The notes beneath the pieces were generated by a model. The model searched no databases and was not told the origin of the DNA. It worked only from the letters and a program-made list of their open reading frames with translations. The position numbers and the translations under genes are program-made. Shown piece after piece: positions 9,470-17,686 of a stretch of DNA of 64,000 nt; the stretch's first letter is position 1, and every line of letters starts with the position of its first letter. Source of the stretch: Alphaproteobacteria bacterium UBA6187 (GTDB lineage: Bacteria > Pseudomonadota > Alphaproteobacteria > Rickettsiales > UBA6187); assembly GCA_002422795.1 (NCBI GenBank), contig DITJ01000104.1, positions 15,324-79,323 of the forward strand, written 5' to 3'.

Positions 9470-10145
9470 GCAAATGCCCATCCTGCATAATAAATTGCCG
9501 CGATGCCAGTTTTGCAAGCTCCATATCATGGGTGATAAGCAATAATGTAGTGCCGTGCTGTTCCTTTAAATTAAATAATAATTCTTTGATATGCTTGCCA
9601 TTTTCGCTATCTAAGTTACCGGTTGGCTCATCTGCCAGCAACAATGAAGGGCGCGTAGCAAATGCACGGGCAAGCGCCACGCGTTGCTGCTCCCCTCCTG
9701 ATAATTGGTCAGGATAGTGTGATATGCGCTTTTCCAGCCCCACACTTTTTAAGGCCTCAACCGCAACATCCTTTGCATGTTTATGCCCTGCAAGTTCCAG
9801 TGCTATTTCAACATTTTCAAGCGCTGTCATGGTTGGGATAAGGTGGAAGTTCTGAAATACAATACCAATATGCCTGCGGCGGAAAGCTGCGAGCCTATCT
9901 TCATCATGGTTGGTAATATCCTCACCTGCCACAATTATATTGCCACCGGTTGGTTTTTCCACCCCAGCTATAAGCATCATCAGTGAGGTTTTGCCGGAGC
10001 CAGAAGGCCCGGTTACGCTAATTGTATCGCCATGCTGTACTTGCATGTTAATATTGTGTAAGATATGCGTAGGCTTGTTGCCTGGCCCTGGAAGGGTAAG
10101 GGAAATATCTTGAAGGTGTATTATGTTTTCAGCTTTTTTTCGCAT
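9462..10145 (-). CDS. ybbA: ABC transporter ATP-binding protein, YbbA-like (227 aa)
   Basis: Walker A GPSGSGKTS, signature LSGGEQQR and Walker B LLLADEPT. The realistic start is MRKKAENIIHLQDISL at 10145. The 361-aa track ORF is a 5' run-on. Confidence 0.88.
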   Translation of the reverse strand: MRKKAENIIHLQDISLTLPGPGNKPTHILHNINMQVQHGDTISVTGPSGSGKTSLMMLIAGVEKPTGGNIIVAGEDITNHDEDRLAAFRRRHIGIVFQNFHLIPTMTALENVEIALELAGHKHAKDVAVEALKSVGLEKRISHYPDQLSGGEQQRVALARAFATRPSLLLADEPTGNLDSENGKHIKELLFNLKEQHGTTLLLITHDMELAKLASRQFIMQDGHLHE

Positions 10146-10755
10146 TATATTAATTCTTGTAACTATGAACGGGATTTTAATATCCCATGCCAGCGCGCAA
10201 ACTGCAACCTCCATTTTATTATTTGGGGATAGTATTATTGCAGGATATGGTCTTGCCCAGGAAAACGCGCTCTCTGCGCGGCTGGAAGCATTCTTCAATG
10301 AAAAAGGCAGGGATGTTAAAGTGATTAATGGCGGAGTATCTGGCGATACCACCACTAGCGCGCGCGGCAGGCTTAAATGGACGCTGGATAAATATAAGCC
10401 TGACGTAGTATTCCTGGCACTTGGCGGCAATGATGTACTACGCGGGTTTTCACCAACTGTAACACGTGATAATCTTGATGCTATGCTAACCATTTGCAAA
10501 AAAAGGAATATCAAAGTGGTGCTTTCCGCAGTGCGCGCCCCTGCCAATCTTGGTTTGGAATATATGGGCAGCTTTAATAAAATTTATCCCGATTTGGCAG
10601 ATAAGTATAATGCACCGCTTTATCCGTTCCTGCTGGAAAAAACATTCGGCAACCAGACCCTTATGCAAAGCGATGGCATCCACCCCACAGCAGAAGGGGT
10701 TAAATCCATAGCAAATGAACTTGGACCTTATTTGCTGAAGAATATCCTGAAATAA
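10123..10755 (+). CDS. tesA: GDSL/SGNH esterase, TesA-like, with signal peptide
   Basis: LLFGDSIIAGYG (GDS block), GGNDVLRG, and DGIHPT at the C-terminus. It is divergent from ybbA-ybbP as in E. coli. The start is uncertain (10123 or the ATG at 10165). Confidence 0.8.
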   Translation: MFSAFFRIILILVTMNGILISHASAQTATSILLFGDSIIAGYGLAQENALSARLEAFFNEKGRDVKVINGGVSGDTTTSARGRLKWTLDKYKPDVVFLALGGNDVLRGFSPTVTRDNLDAMLTICKKRNIKVVLSAVRAPANLGLEYMGSFNKIYPDLADKYNAPLYPFLLEKTFGNQTLMQSDGIHPTAEGVKSIANELGPYLLKNILK

Positions 10756-10867
10756 CAGTTAATTTCTAACTTACGCACAATCACAATTGCACGTTTCACA
10801 GAAAAGGATTAACTTTATGCTGGCTTTGTGCTAAGTATCCTTTTGAAATAAGGGGAAGGTAAAAATT

Positions 10868-12757
10868 TTGCTGGTTAAAAAATCATATATTGCCGCGCTG
10901 CATGATATTTTTATGGTCGCTATCAGTTTCATGGTGGCGCTATATTTACGCCTCGGAAATGATTTACTAACAAGATACACCCACCTTATTCCTTCAGTTT
11001 TATTATTCACTGCCATATGCGCTATAGTATTCTCAGTTATGGGTTTATACCGTGGTGTATGGCGTTATGCCTCCATTCGCGATATGCTTACTATAGCTAA
11101 GGCAATCACTTTAGCTACGCTGATTTTTGTGCCGCTTTTATTTATGCTTACCCGCCTGGAAAGCTTCCCGCGCTCGGTGCTGGTTATAAACTGGATGGTA
11201 CTATTTGCAGCCCTTGGCGGTCCAAGGCTTTTATATCGCATGATTAAAGATAAAAGCTTCTCCATCAGCTTCTTAAAGAATATCGAAGATTCCCGCATAC
11301 CCGTATTGCTTGTCGGGGTGAGTGATAATGCTGTAAATTTCATTCGGGAGGCATCACACCGCAGTTCTGATTACAAAATTGTAGGGCTGGTTGATGATAA
11401 TAAGGAAACCCACTCCAGGCAGATTCATGGCGTGAAGGTTTATGGCGGTTTTGATTCGATACCTAAAATTATCAGGAAGTTAAAAAAAGATGGTTTGCCT
11501 CCGCGTCGCATTATTCTGGCGCGCGATAATATCGATGGATCTGTTATAAAGGAACTGCTTAAAACAACTGATAAACTGGGCTTTACCCTTGCCAAATTGC
11601 CGAAAATGTCAGATTTCAAGGAAAATATTGATAAAATTGAAGTGCGGCCAGTAGCAATCGAGGATTTACTTGGCAGGGCGCAAAAAACCCCTGAACTGGG
11701 GCGCAGGAAGGAATTGATAGAAGGAAAATCAGTGCTGGTAACTGGCGCTGGCGGCACTATAGGCAGTGAATTAGTAAGGCAGATTGCCGCCTATCACCCT
11801 GAAAAACTTATATTGCTGGAAATTTCTGAGTTTAATTTATATAAAATTGGGCAGGAACTCTCTTTAAATTTCCCTGATCTGCCACTGCGCTGCCTGATTG
11901 GCGATGTGAGGGATATTGCGGGTCTTGATAATATTTTTAAAGCGGAAAAACCTGAATTAATATTCCATGCAGCAGCACTTAAGCATGTGCCTATAGTTGA
12001 AGAAAATTTATGCGAAGCTGCGCTCACCAATATAATCGGCTCTAAAAATGTAGCAGATTGCTCTGTAGCCCACCATGCTAAAAAAGTGGTTATGGTTTCA
12101 ACCGACAAGGCAGTAAACCCAACCAGCTTAATGGGCGTTACAAAACGTGTTGCCGAATGCTATGTGCAGGGGCTTGGCGCTTCTGGCACATGCGGTGACA
12201 CATCTTTTTCAACGGTGCGGTTTGGTAATGTGCTTGGCTCTTCTGGTTCTGTAATACCTTTGTTTCAGGAGCAACTGGCAAAAGGCGGCCCTATAACTGT
12301 TACCCACCCTGAGATGACCCGCTATTTCATGACCGTTCCCGAGGCGGTTGAGTTAGTTCTACAAGCTTCCACAATAGAACATAATGATGAAAAATCTGCG
12401 ATATTCGTGCTTGATATGGGTGAACCGATGCTGATACAAGACCTTGCAATCCAAATGATAAAACTAGCCGGATTCAAGCCGCATGAAGATATAAAAATAG
12501 AATATACGGGCATAAGGCCAGGCGAAAAGCTTTACGAAGAGTTATTTTATGATAATGAAGTGCGCAGCCGCACATTATATGAAGGCATAACTTCTGCAGA
12601 AGCCAGGGATACGGATTTTGCGTCTATTGCAAAAATAGTAGATAAAATAGGCAAAGCGGCACTAACCAGAAATTCGGTTGAGCTGCTTGAGTTGTTAAAG
12701 GAGCAAGTGCCGGAGTATAATGCAAATCCGGATACTAATATAAAAAAGGTAGCCTGA
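10868..12757 (+). CDS. Membrane-anchored polysaccharide-biosynthesis nucleotide-sugar 4,6-dehydratase (CapD/WbpM/PglF family)
   Basis: 629 aa with N-terminal TM helices, Rossmann motif VTGAGGTIGSEL and STDKAV. The track ORF begins at TTG, so the exact start is uncertain. Confidence 0.85.
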   Translation: MLVKKSYIAALHDIFMVAISFMVALYLRLGNDLLTRYTHLIPSVLLFTAICAIVFSVMGLYRGVWRYASIRDMLTIAKAITLATLIFVPLLFMLTRLESFPRSVLVINWMVLFAALGGPRLLYRMIKDKSFSISFLKNIEDSRIPVLLVGVSDNAVNFIREASHRSSDYKIVGLVDDNKETHSRQIHGVKVYGGFDSIPKIIRKLKKDGLPPRRIILARDNIDGSVIKELLKTTDKLGFTLAKLPKMSDFKENIDKIEVRPVAIEDLLGRAQKTPELGRRKELIEGKSVLVTGAGGTIGSELVRQIAAYHPEKLILLEISEFNLYKIGQELSLNFPDLPLRCLIGDVRDIAGLDNIFKAEKPELIFHAAALKHVPIVEENLCEAALTNIIGSKNVADCSVAHHAKKVVMVSTDKAVNPTSLMGVTKRVAECYVQGLGASGTCGDTSFSTVRFGNVLGSSGSVIPLFQEQLAKGGPITVTHPEMTRYFMTVPEAVELVLQASTIEHNDEKSAIFVLDMGEPMLIQDLAIQMIKLAGFKPHEDIKIEYTGIRPGEKLYEELFYDNEVRSRTLYEGITSAEARDTDFASIAKIVDKIGKAALTRNSVELLELLKEQVPEYNANPDTNIKKVA

Positions 12758-12912
12758 TGAAAGAAATAACTATTGAACTACCAACTTCTTTGCTTCGCCG
12801 TGCGCAGGAAGCAACTGGTAAAAATATTGATGATACACTGATTGCTGCTTTAGAAGCTGTAATAAACACTAAATTAACTAATAAAGATAAAAAAATAATA
12901 GGAATAAAATGA
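12757..12912 (+). CDS. 51-aa VapB-like (ribbon-helix-helix type) antitoxin-like micro-ORF
   Basis: MKEITIELPTSLLRRAQEATGKNIDDTLIAALEAVINTKL... Its ATG overlaps the capD-like stop (TGATGA), and its TGA overlaps the purH ATG (ATGA). It falls below the 60-aa ORF-track cutoff. Confidence 0.5.
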   Translation: MKEITIELPTSLLRRAQEATGKNIDDTLIAALEAVINTKLTNKDKKIIGIK

Positions 12913-14459
12913 AAATCCAGCGCGCCTTACTCTCCGTTTCCGATAAAACCGGCCTTATTGAACTTGCCAGGTTTTTAGATAAAAAGAACATAGAATTACT
13001 TTCCACAGGTGGCACCGCGAAGGCTATAAGGGACGCGGGCATAAAAGTGAAAGATGTATCAGAACATACCGGTTTTCCTGAAATAATGGATGGCAGGGTA
13101 AAAACTTTGCACCCAAAAATTCATGGCGGCCTGCTTGCCTGCCTTGATGACAAAGAACATGTACAGGCCATGCAGGAGAATGATATTTTTCCAATAGGGC
13201 TTGTAATTGTGAATCTTTATCCATTTGAAGAAACAGTAAAACGCAACGCCCCTTTTCATGAGGCTATTGAAAATATCGATATTGGCGGTCCTTCAATGGT
13301 TCGCTCCGCTGCGAAGAACCATGCTTTCACTACCGTTATTACCGATAGCAGCGATTATGATAGTTTAAAACGCGAAATCGAAGCGAATGAAGGCGCAACC
13401 AGCCTGGAGTTTAAGAAGAAGATGGCTGCAAAAGCATTTTCCCGCACAGCTTCTTATGATGCATCTATCAGCAACTGGTTTGCAAAACAGGTTGGTGATA
13501 ATTTTCCAAAAACCCTTACTGTTTCTGCAAAATTACGCCAGGATTTACGTTATGGCGAAAATCCGCACCAGGCAGCGGCATTTTATAGCTTTGATGATTC
13601 ATATGGTATCGGCTCGGCCCAGCAAATTCAGGGCAAGGAACTCAGCTATAATAATATTAATGATGCAGATGCGGCGCTTCAGCTTGTTTCAGAATTTGAA
13701 GACCCTGCGGCTGTTATAATTAAACATGCCAACCCATGCGGCGCGGCAATAGGCCGTGACTTGCTGGAAGCCTATGAAAGAGCGCTGGAATCAGACCCGG
13801 TTAGCGCATTTGGCGGAATTATTGCATTTAATGAGCCTATCGGCGAAGATGTGGCAGCGGCCCTTTCCAAAATGTTCGTAGAAGCTGTTATCGCCCCTTC
13901 AATAACCGAGCGGGCAAGAGAAATGCTTGCCGCCAAGAAAAACATGCGCGTATTATTGACTGGTAAAAAAACGCTTCTGAAGCGCGAATTAACTTATAAA
14001 TCCGTTGCAGGCGGGCTGCTTGTGCAGGAAAATGACTTTAATTTTGCCAATGAAAGTGAATTGCTTTGCGTTACAAAGCGCAAACCAACTGAAGATGAAA
14101 TGCGCGAACTTCTTTTCACATTCCGCGTTTGTAAGCATGTTAAGTCTAACGCAATAGTACTTTCAAAAAACAAAGCTACAATCGGTATTGGCGCAGGGCA
14201 AATGAGCCGTGTGGATTCAGTGCGCATTGCAGCAATGAAAGCCAGCGATAGCAAAACCAACCCTAACAGGGCGCAAGGCTCCGTGCTTGCATCTGATGCA
14301 TTCTTCCCATTCGCAGATGGCCTTTTAGAAGCTGCAAAAATCGGTGTAAAAGCTATAATCCAGCCAGGCGGCTCAGTGCGTGATGAAGAGGTAATCCAAG
14401 CTGCCAATGCTAATAATATTGCGATGGTGTTTACCGGGATGCGGCATTTTAAGCATTAG
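12909..14459 (+). CDS. purH: Bifunctional AICAR transformylase / IMP cyclohydrolase
   Basis: 516 aa full-length PurH pattern (ALLSVSDKTGL, GGTAKA, MDGRVKTLHP, YNNINDADAA, FFPFADG). Confidence 0.96.
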   Translation: MKIQRALLSVSDKTGLIELARFLDKKNIELLSTGGTAKAIRDAGIKVKDVSEHTGFPEIMDGRVKTLHPKIHGGLLACLDDKEHVQAMQENDIFPIGLVIVNLYPFEETVKRNAPFHEAIENIDIGGPSMVRSAAKNHAFTTVITDSSDYDSLKREIEANEGATSLEFKKKMAAKAFSRTASYDASISNWFAKQVGDNFPKTLTVSAKLRQDLRYGENPHQAAAFYSFDDSYGIGSAQQIQGKELSYNNINDADAALQLVSEFEDPAAVIIKHANPCGAAIGRDLLEAYERALESDPVSAFGGIIAFNEPIGEDVAAALSKMFVEAVIAPSITERAREMLAAKKNMRVLLTGKKTLLKRELTYKSVAGGLLVQENDFNFANESELLCVTKRKPTEDEMRELLFTFRVCKHVKSNAIVLSKNKATIGIGAGQMSRVDSVRIAAMKASDSKTNPNRAQGSVLASDAFFPFADGLLEAAKIGVKAIIQPGGSVRDEEVIQAANANNIAMVFTGMRHFKH

Positions 14460-14575
14460 GAATTGTAGATAAAGCTTGGTTTGGGAGTGCTTGTATTACA
14501 TCCTCGCTGTCATGCCCCATATCTTCAGCAACAAAACAATTAAATACTTCTTGCGGAAGTGTCAGCTAAGGCAAT

Positions 14576-14694
14576 ATTAGCTACGTTTCCAGCAGCAAGA
14601 GATCCTTCAGAAATATGTCATTCTGATGTAAGGCGGCATAAAATTTATCGTTATGCTTCCTCGGCTGATGCCCTTGCTTTGCTGCCCCCTTTTA
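14576..14694. repeat. Direct repeat copy 1 (decayed gene fragment) flanking the dioxygenase gene
   Basis: attagctacgtttcc.gcagcaaga.atccttc...ggcggcataaaatttatcgttatgcttcc.cggctgatgcccttgctttgctgccccc recurs at 15941-16060 with small indels. Confidence 0.8.
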
Positions 14695-14760
14695 AGCCCA
14701 ACTGCATATATCCTTCTGGCAACGCCTGAACTTATCGCTAAAATTATCCACTGACAAAGT

Positions 14761-15660
14761 TCAATAAACGCCCTCGGTATTACAAACAAACCTCCCGAAC
14801 CGACTTACCAGCACACGCCCGCAATCATTTTTTATCATGGCCCTGCCATGAAGGTAGCGGATATTATCTATTACTAGTAAATCCTGTGCCTGCCATACAT
14901 GCTTATACATAATACTATCATGTATATCTATAAGCTCATTTATCATGGAGTTTGGTATTATTTCGCCGTCGCCGAAGAAAACCCGGTTGGAAGCTTTTGT
15001 ATATACAATTTTATCCTGATATCCTGGATGGGTGATTTCGGGAATATGCGCCAGCATTGCGTTTGCAAATACCTTATTGCCCCTTTTATTTTTTCGGACT
15101 GCCTCGGTAGTATAAAATAAATGTAAATCTTCGTTGTGCAGGCTATATTTTACGCCTTTGGCGTTGTCTAAAAAATTTTTCAGGGAGCCTATGTCATTTA
15201 CCAGGAATTCATTTTGCCAACGTGCTTTTTCCCAGTACATTTCATAGGTTATGCCGGTATTTTCAAAGCGTTTACGGATTTTTTCTGGGAGCAACCTAAA
15301 GAACTTCTCACCATCTACCAGGGTTGTTTCCCCTCCAGGTTCAGATGGCGGGCTAACGCACATAAAGAAACAAATTTCTGGTGGATTATTATTGGGCCTA
15401 TAACTACCTTCAGTGTGACCAAGTAAGGCATAATTTTTTGCAGTCACTTCTGTAGTATATTTATCGCCCCTTACAGAACTATTTTGTCGTGTAGCCACCA
15501 CATGGAAATTATTGCAGAAAACATTACTGAATTCTTCTAGTTTTTCAATATTAAAATCAAAGTCACGCAATAACACATACCCTTCATCATTAAGGATATT
15601 GAGGGTTTCGCTTAGGTTAATTGTATTAATGGGTTGTTTCTTTCTCTCTATCATAACCAC
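14761..15660 (-). CDS. Fe(II)/2-oxoglutarate dioxygenase, TauD/TfdA (clavaminate-synthase-like) family
   Basis: 299 aa with an H-x-E facial-triad motif (GHTEGSY) and a C-terminal DNIRYLHGR block, as in CAS/AsnO/VioC-type hydroxylases. Substrate unknown. Confidence 0.7.
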   Translation of the reverse strand: MVMIERKKQPINTINLSETLNILNDEGYVLLRDFDFNIEKLEEFSNVFCNNFHVVATRQNSSVRGDKYTTEVTAKNYALLGHTEGSYRPNNNPPEICFFMCVSPPSEPGGETTLVDGEKFFRLLPEKIRKRFENTGITYEMYWEKARWQNEFLVNDIGSLKNFLDNAKGVKYSLHNEDLHLFYTTEAVRKNKRGNKVFANAMLAHIPEITHPGYQDKIVYTKASNRVFFGDGEIIPNSMINELIDIHDSIMYKHVWQAQDLLVIDNIRYLHGRAMIKNDCGRVLVSRFGRFVCNTEGVY

Positions 15661-15940
15661 TATTGGAAATTGATAATTACCTAACTTAATAAAATATGCG
15701 ATAATCTTATGTCTTTCTACAAAACAAGGCTACTAAATTATGGAACAATACTTCCAACGGCAGCATATTTGCCGGATGTGGCTACACCACACGCCTGTAA
15801 CTGGCTGACACGGCCTCGTCAGACCTTATTATCTTCCGCACTCTCGGTAGTCCCTGATGCTCCAGCATTTGAGGTATAACACCCTTATCTTCCTGCGACT
15901 TTTCATTATTATCATCTCCAAATTTTATACTCCTGCCTGG

Positions 15941-16060
15941 ATTAGCTACGTTTCCGGCAGCAAGATATCCTTCCAAAATATGCCCTTCTGATGTAATGGC
16001 GGCATAAAATTTATCGTTATGCTTCCCCGGCTGATGCCCTTGCTTTGCTGCCCCCCTTTA
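15941..16060. repeat. Direct repeat copy 2 (part of a longer start-less reading frame on the minus strand)
   Basis: Same ~120-bp sequence as 14576-14694. On the minus strand it continues into ...GKHNDKFYAAITSEGHILEGYLAAGNVANPGRSIKFG... with no ATG and an upstream stop, so it looks like a gene remnant. Confidence 0.75.
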
Positions 16061-16086
16061 ATCCGCCGCCATGAGGGTAAACCTTA

Positions 16087-16233
16087 AAATGACCTCTGCA
16101 TAATGAGGATTTTTTTGTGTGAGTTCTAGGAACGCCCGCCCGCAGAACCTTAAGTAAATAGACGTACATGAGGATTTGAGGACGGACGTAACGAAGAAAT
16201 CACCAAAAAATACCGTTATGCAGAGGTCTTTTT
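16087..16233. mobile_element. ~147-bp MITE-like palindromic element
   Basis: Perfect 13-bp inverted termini gacctctgcataa (16091-16103) and ttatgcagaggtc (16216-16228), flanked by A/T runs. A second, truncated copy lies at 1-52. It has no coding capacity. Confidence 0.7.
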
Positions 16234-16245
16234 AAAGTAGTAGAG

Positions 16246-17145
16246 TTACTGAGCTTTAGCAAATAACCGGAAGAAATTTTCAGTAGTAACTTTTTTCACT
16301 TCCTCATAAGGAATATTTTTTAGTTCCGCGAGAAATTTTGCAGTATAGCTAGTGTAAGCAGGTTCATTAGGTTTACCGCGATGTGGCATTGGCGCAAGAT
16401 ATGGCGCATCAGTTTCCACCAGCAGGCTTGAAAGCGGTAGGTTCTTAACAATTTCCTGCAATTCAACGGCTTTTTTAAAGGTTATTATTCCTGAAATAGA
16501 AACATACATTCCAAGCTCAATCGCCGCCTCTGCCAGCTCTTTGCCAGTGCTGAAACAATGGATAAGCCCCGGGAATTTTCCTTTTCTCATTTCATTCTGA
16601 AGGATTTTTATAGTGTCATCATCAGCGCTGCGCGTATGCACAATAACCGGCAGCCCGGTTTCGCGGGAGGCTTTAATATGCTCAATGAAGCTACTGGTTT
16701 GTAGCTCACGCGGGGAATGTTCATAATAATAATCAAGCCCGGTTTCACCAAGGCCGATTACTTTCGGGTCTTTTGCGGCTGCAATTAACTCTTCCGAGGT
16801 AACTGGTGGTTCTTCCGCAACATTATTGGGATGCACACCCACAGAACACCAGATATTATCATAACGCTTTGCAATTGCTAAAATATCAGGAAACTCACGC
16901 ATACGTGTGCAGATAGTTTGCATATAGCCAACATCTAAAGATGCCGCATTTGCAACCACATCATCCAGGCGGCTGGAGAGTTCAGGGAAATTCAGATGGC
17001 AATGTGAGTCAACCAATACCAACCCCTTATCTTTGTAACACGTTGTCGCGCTTTGGCCTTTCGGTGCGCACGTAGATTCGGCTACGCTTACGCCCTCCTT
17101 GCCTTGCGCTCCTAGTGTTACTTCGCTAATGGGCTGGTATGGCAT
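16246..17145 (-). CDS. tatD: TatD-family metal-dependent deoxyribonuclease/hydrolase
   Basis: VDSHCHL plus downstream His/Glu/Asp blocks. The ORF carries an unusual ~45-aa N-terminal extension that coincides with a repeat element. An internal TTG start just before VLVDSHCHL is possible. Confidence 0.85.
   Translation of the reverse strand: MPYQPISEVTLGAQGKEGVSVAESTCAPKGQSATTCYKDKGLVLVDSHCHLNFPELSSRLDDVVANAASLDVGYMQTICTRMREFPDILAIAKRYDNIWCSVGVHPNNVAEEPPVTSEELIAAAKDPKVIGLGETGLDYYYEHSPRELQTSSFIEHIKASRETGLPVIVHTRSADDDTIKILQNEMRKGKFPGLIHCFSTGKELAEAAIELGMYVSISGIITFKKAVELQEIVKNLPLSSLLVETDAPYLAPMPHRGKPNEPAYTSYTAKFLAELKNIPYEEVKKVTTENFFRLFAKAQ
17028..17125. repeat. Palindromic-element copy lying in the 5' part of the tatD ORF
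   Basis: The reverse complement reads taggagcgcaaggcaaggagggcgtaagcgtagccgaatctacgtgcgcaccgaaaggccaaagcgcgacaac. It matches the core of the intergenic element at 32154-32277. Confidence 0.7.
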
Positions 17146-17146
17146 A

Positions 17147-17671
17147 TTATTTCTTTTTCATAGATTTAGTACCAGCGGCAATATAATCCATAAGCGCAAG
17201 CAATACGCCTGAAACCACGAAAACCAGATGGATAATAATCATCCATCTTATCTGCGCGTCAGAGGTTTTTTCAACATCCATAAATACTTTCAAAAGATGG
17301 ATACCTGAAATTGCCACGATGGATGCAATAAGTTTCAGTTTTAATGATGAAAAATCAACAGTTCCTTTCCATTCCGGCTGGTCTTTATGATCTGTAGTAT
17401 CTATTTTAGAAACAAAATTCTCATATCCTGAAAACATTACTATGATTAATAAATTTCCGGCAAGGGAAAGATCAATAAGGGAAAGCACCCCAAGCACCGC
17501 ATCAGTTTGGGTAAGGGTGGGTATGCTCATCATAAAATGCAATAATTCTTGCATAAAACTGAAAAGCAGCACTATAAGCGCGCCAACCAAACCTATATAA
17601 AAGGGCGCCATCAGCCAACGGCTGGCAAATAATCCCTGTTCGATACTTCTTTCTATTATGTTATTACTCAT
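17147..17671 (-). CDS. yqhA: UPF0114 (YqhA-family) inner-membrane protein
   Basis: 174 aa. The N-terminus ERSIEQGLFASRWLMAPFYIGL and the TM pattern are typical of YqhA. Confidence 0.75.
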   Translation of the reverse strand: MSNNIIERSIEQGLFASRWLMAPFYIGLVGALIVLLFSFMQELLHFMMSIPTLTQTDAVLGVLSLIDLSLAGNLLIIVMFSGYENFVSKIDTTDHKDQPEWKGTVDFSSLKLKLIASIVAISGIHLLKVFMDVEKTSDAQIRWMIIIHLVFVVSGVLLALMDYIAAGTKSMKKK

Positions 17672-17686
17672 AAATATCCTATTAAT

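Noticed and set aside
10146-10547. A 134-codon 5' extension of the ABC ATPase ORF (track ORF 9462-10547).
   Set aside because: The extension is antisense to the tesA-like gene and has no homology pattern. The canonical ABC N-terminus begins at the ATG at 10145.
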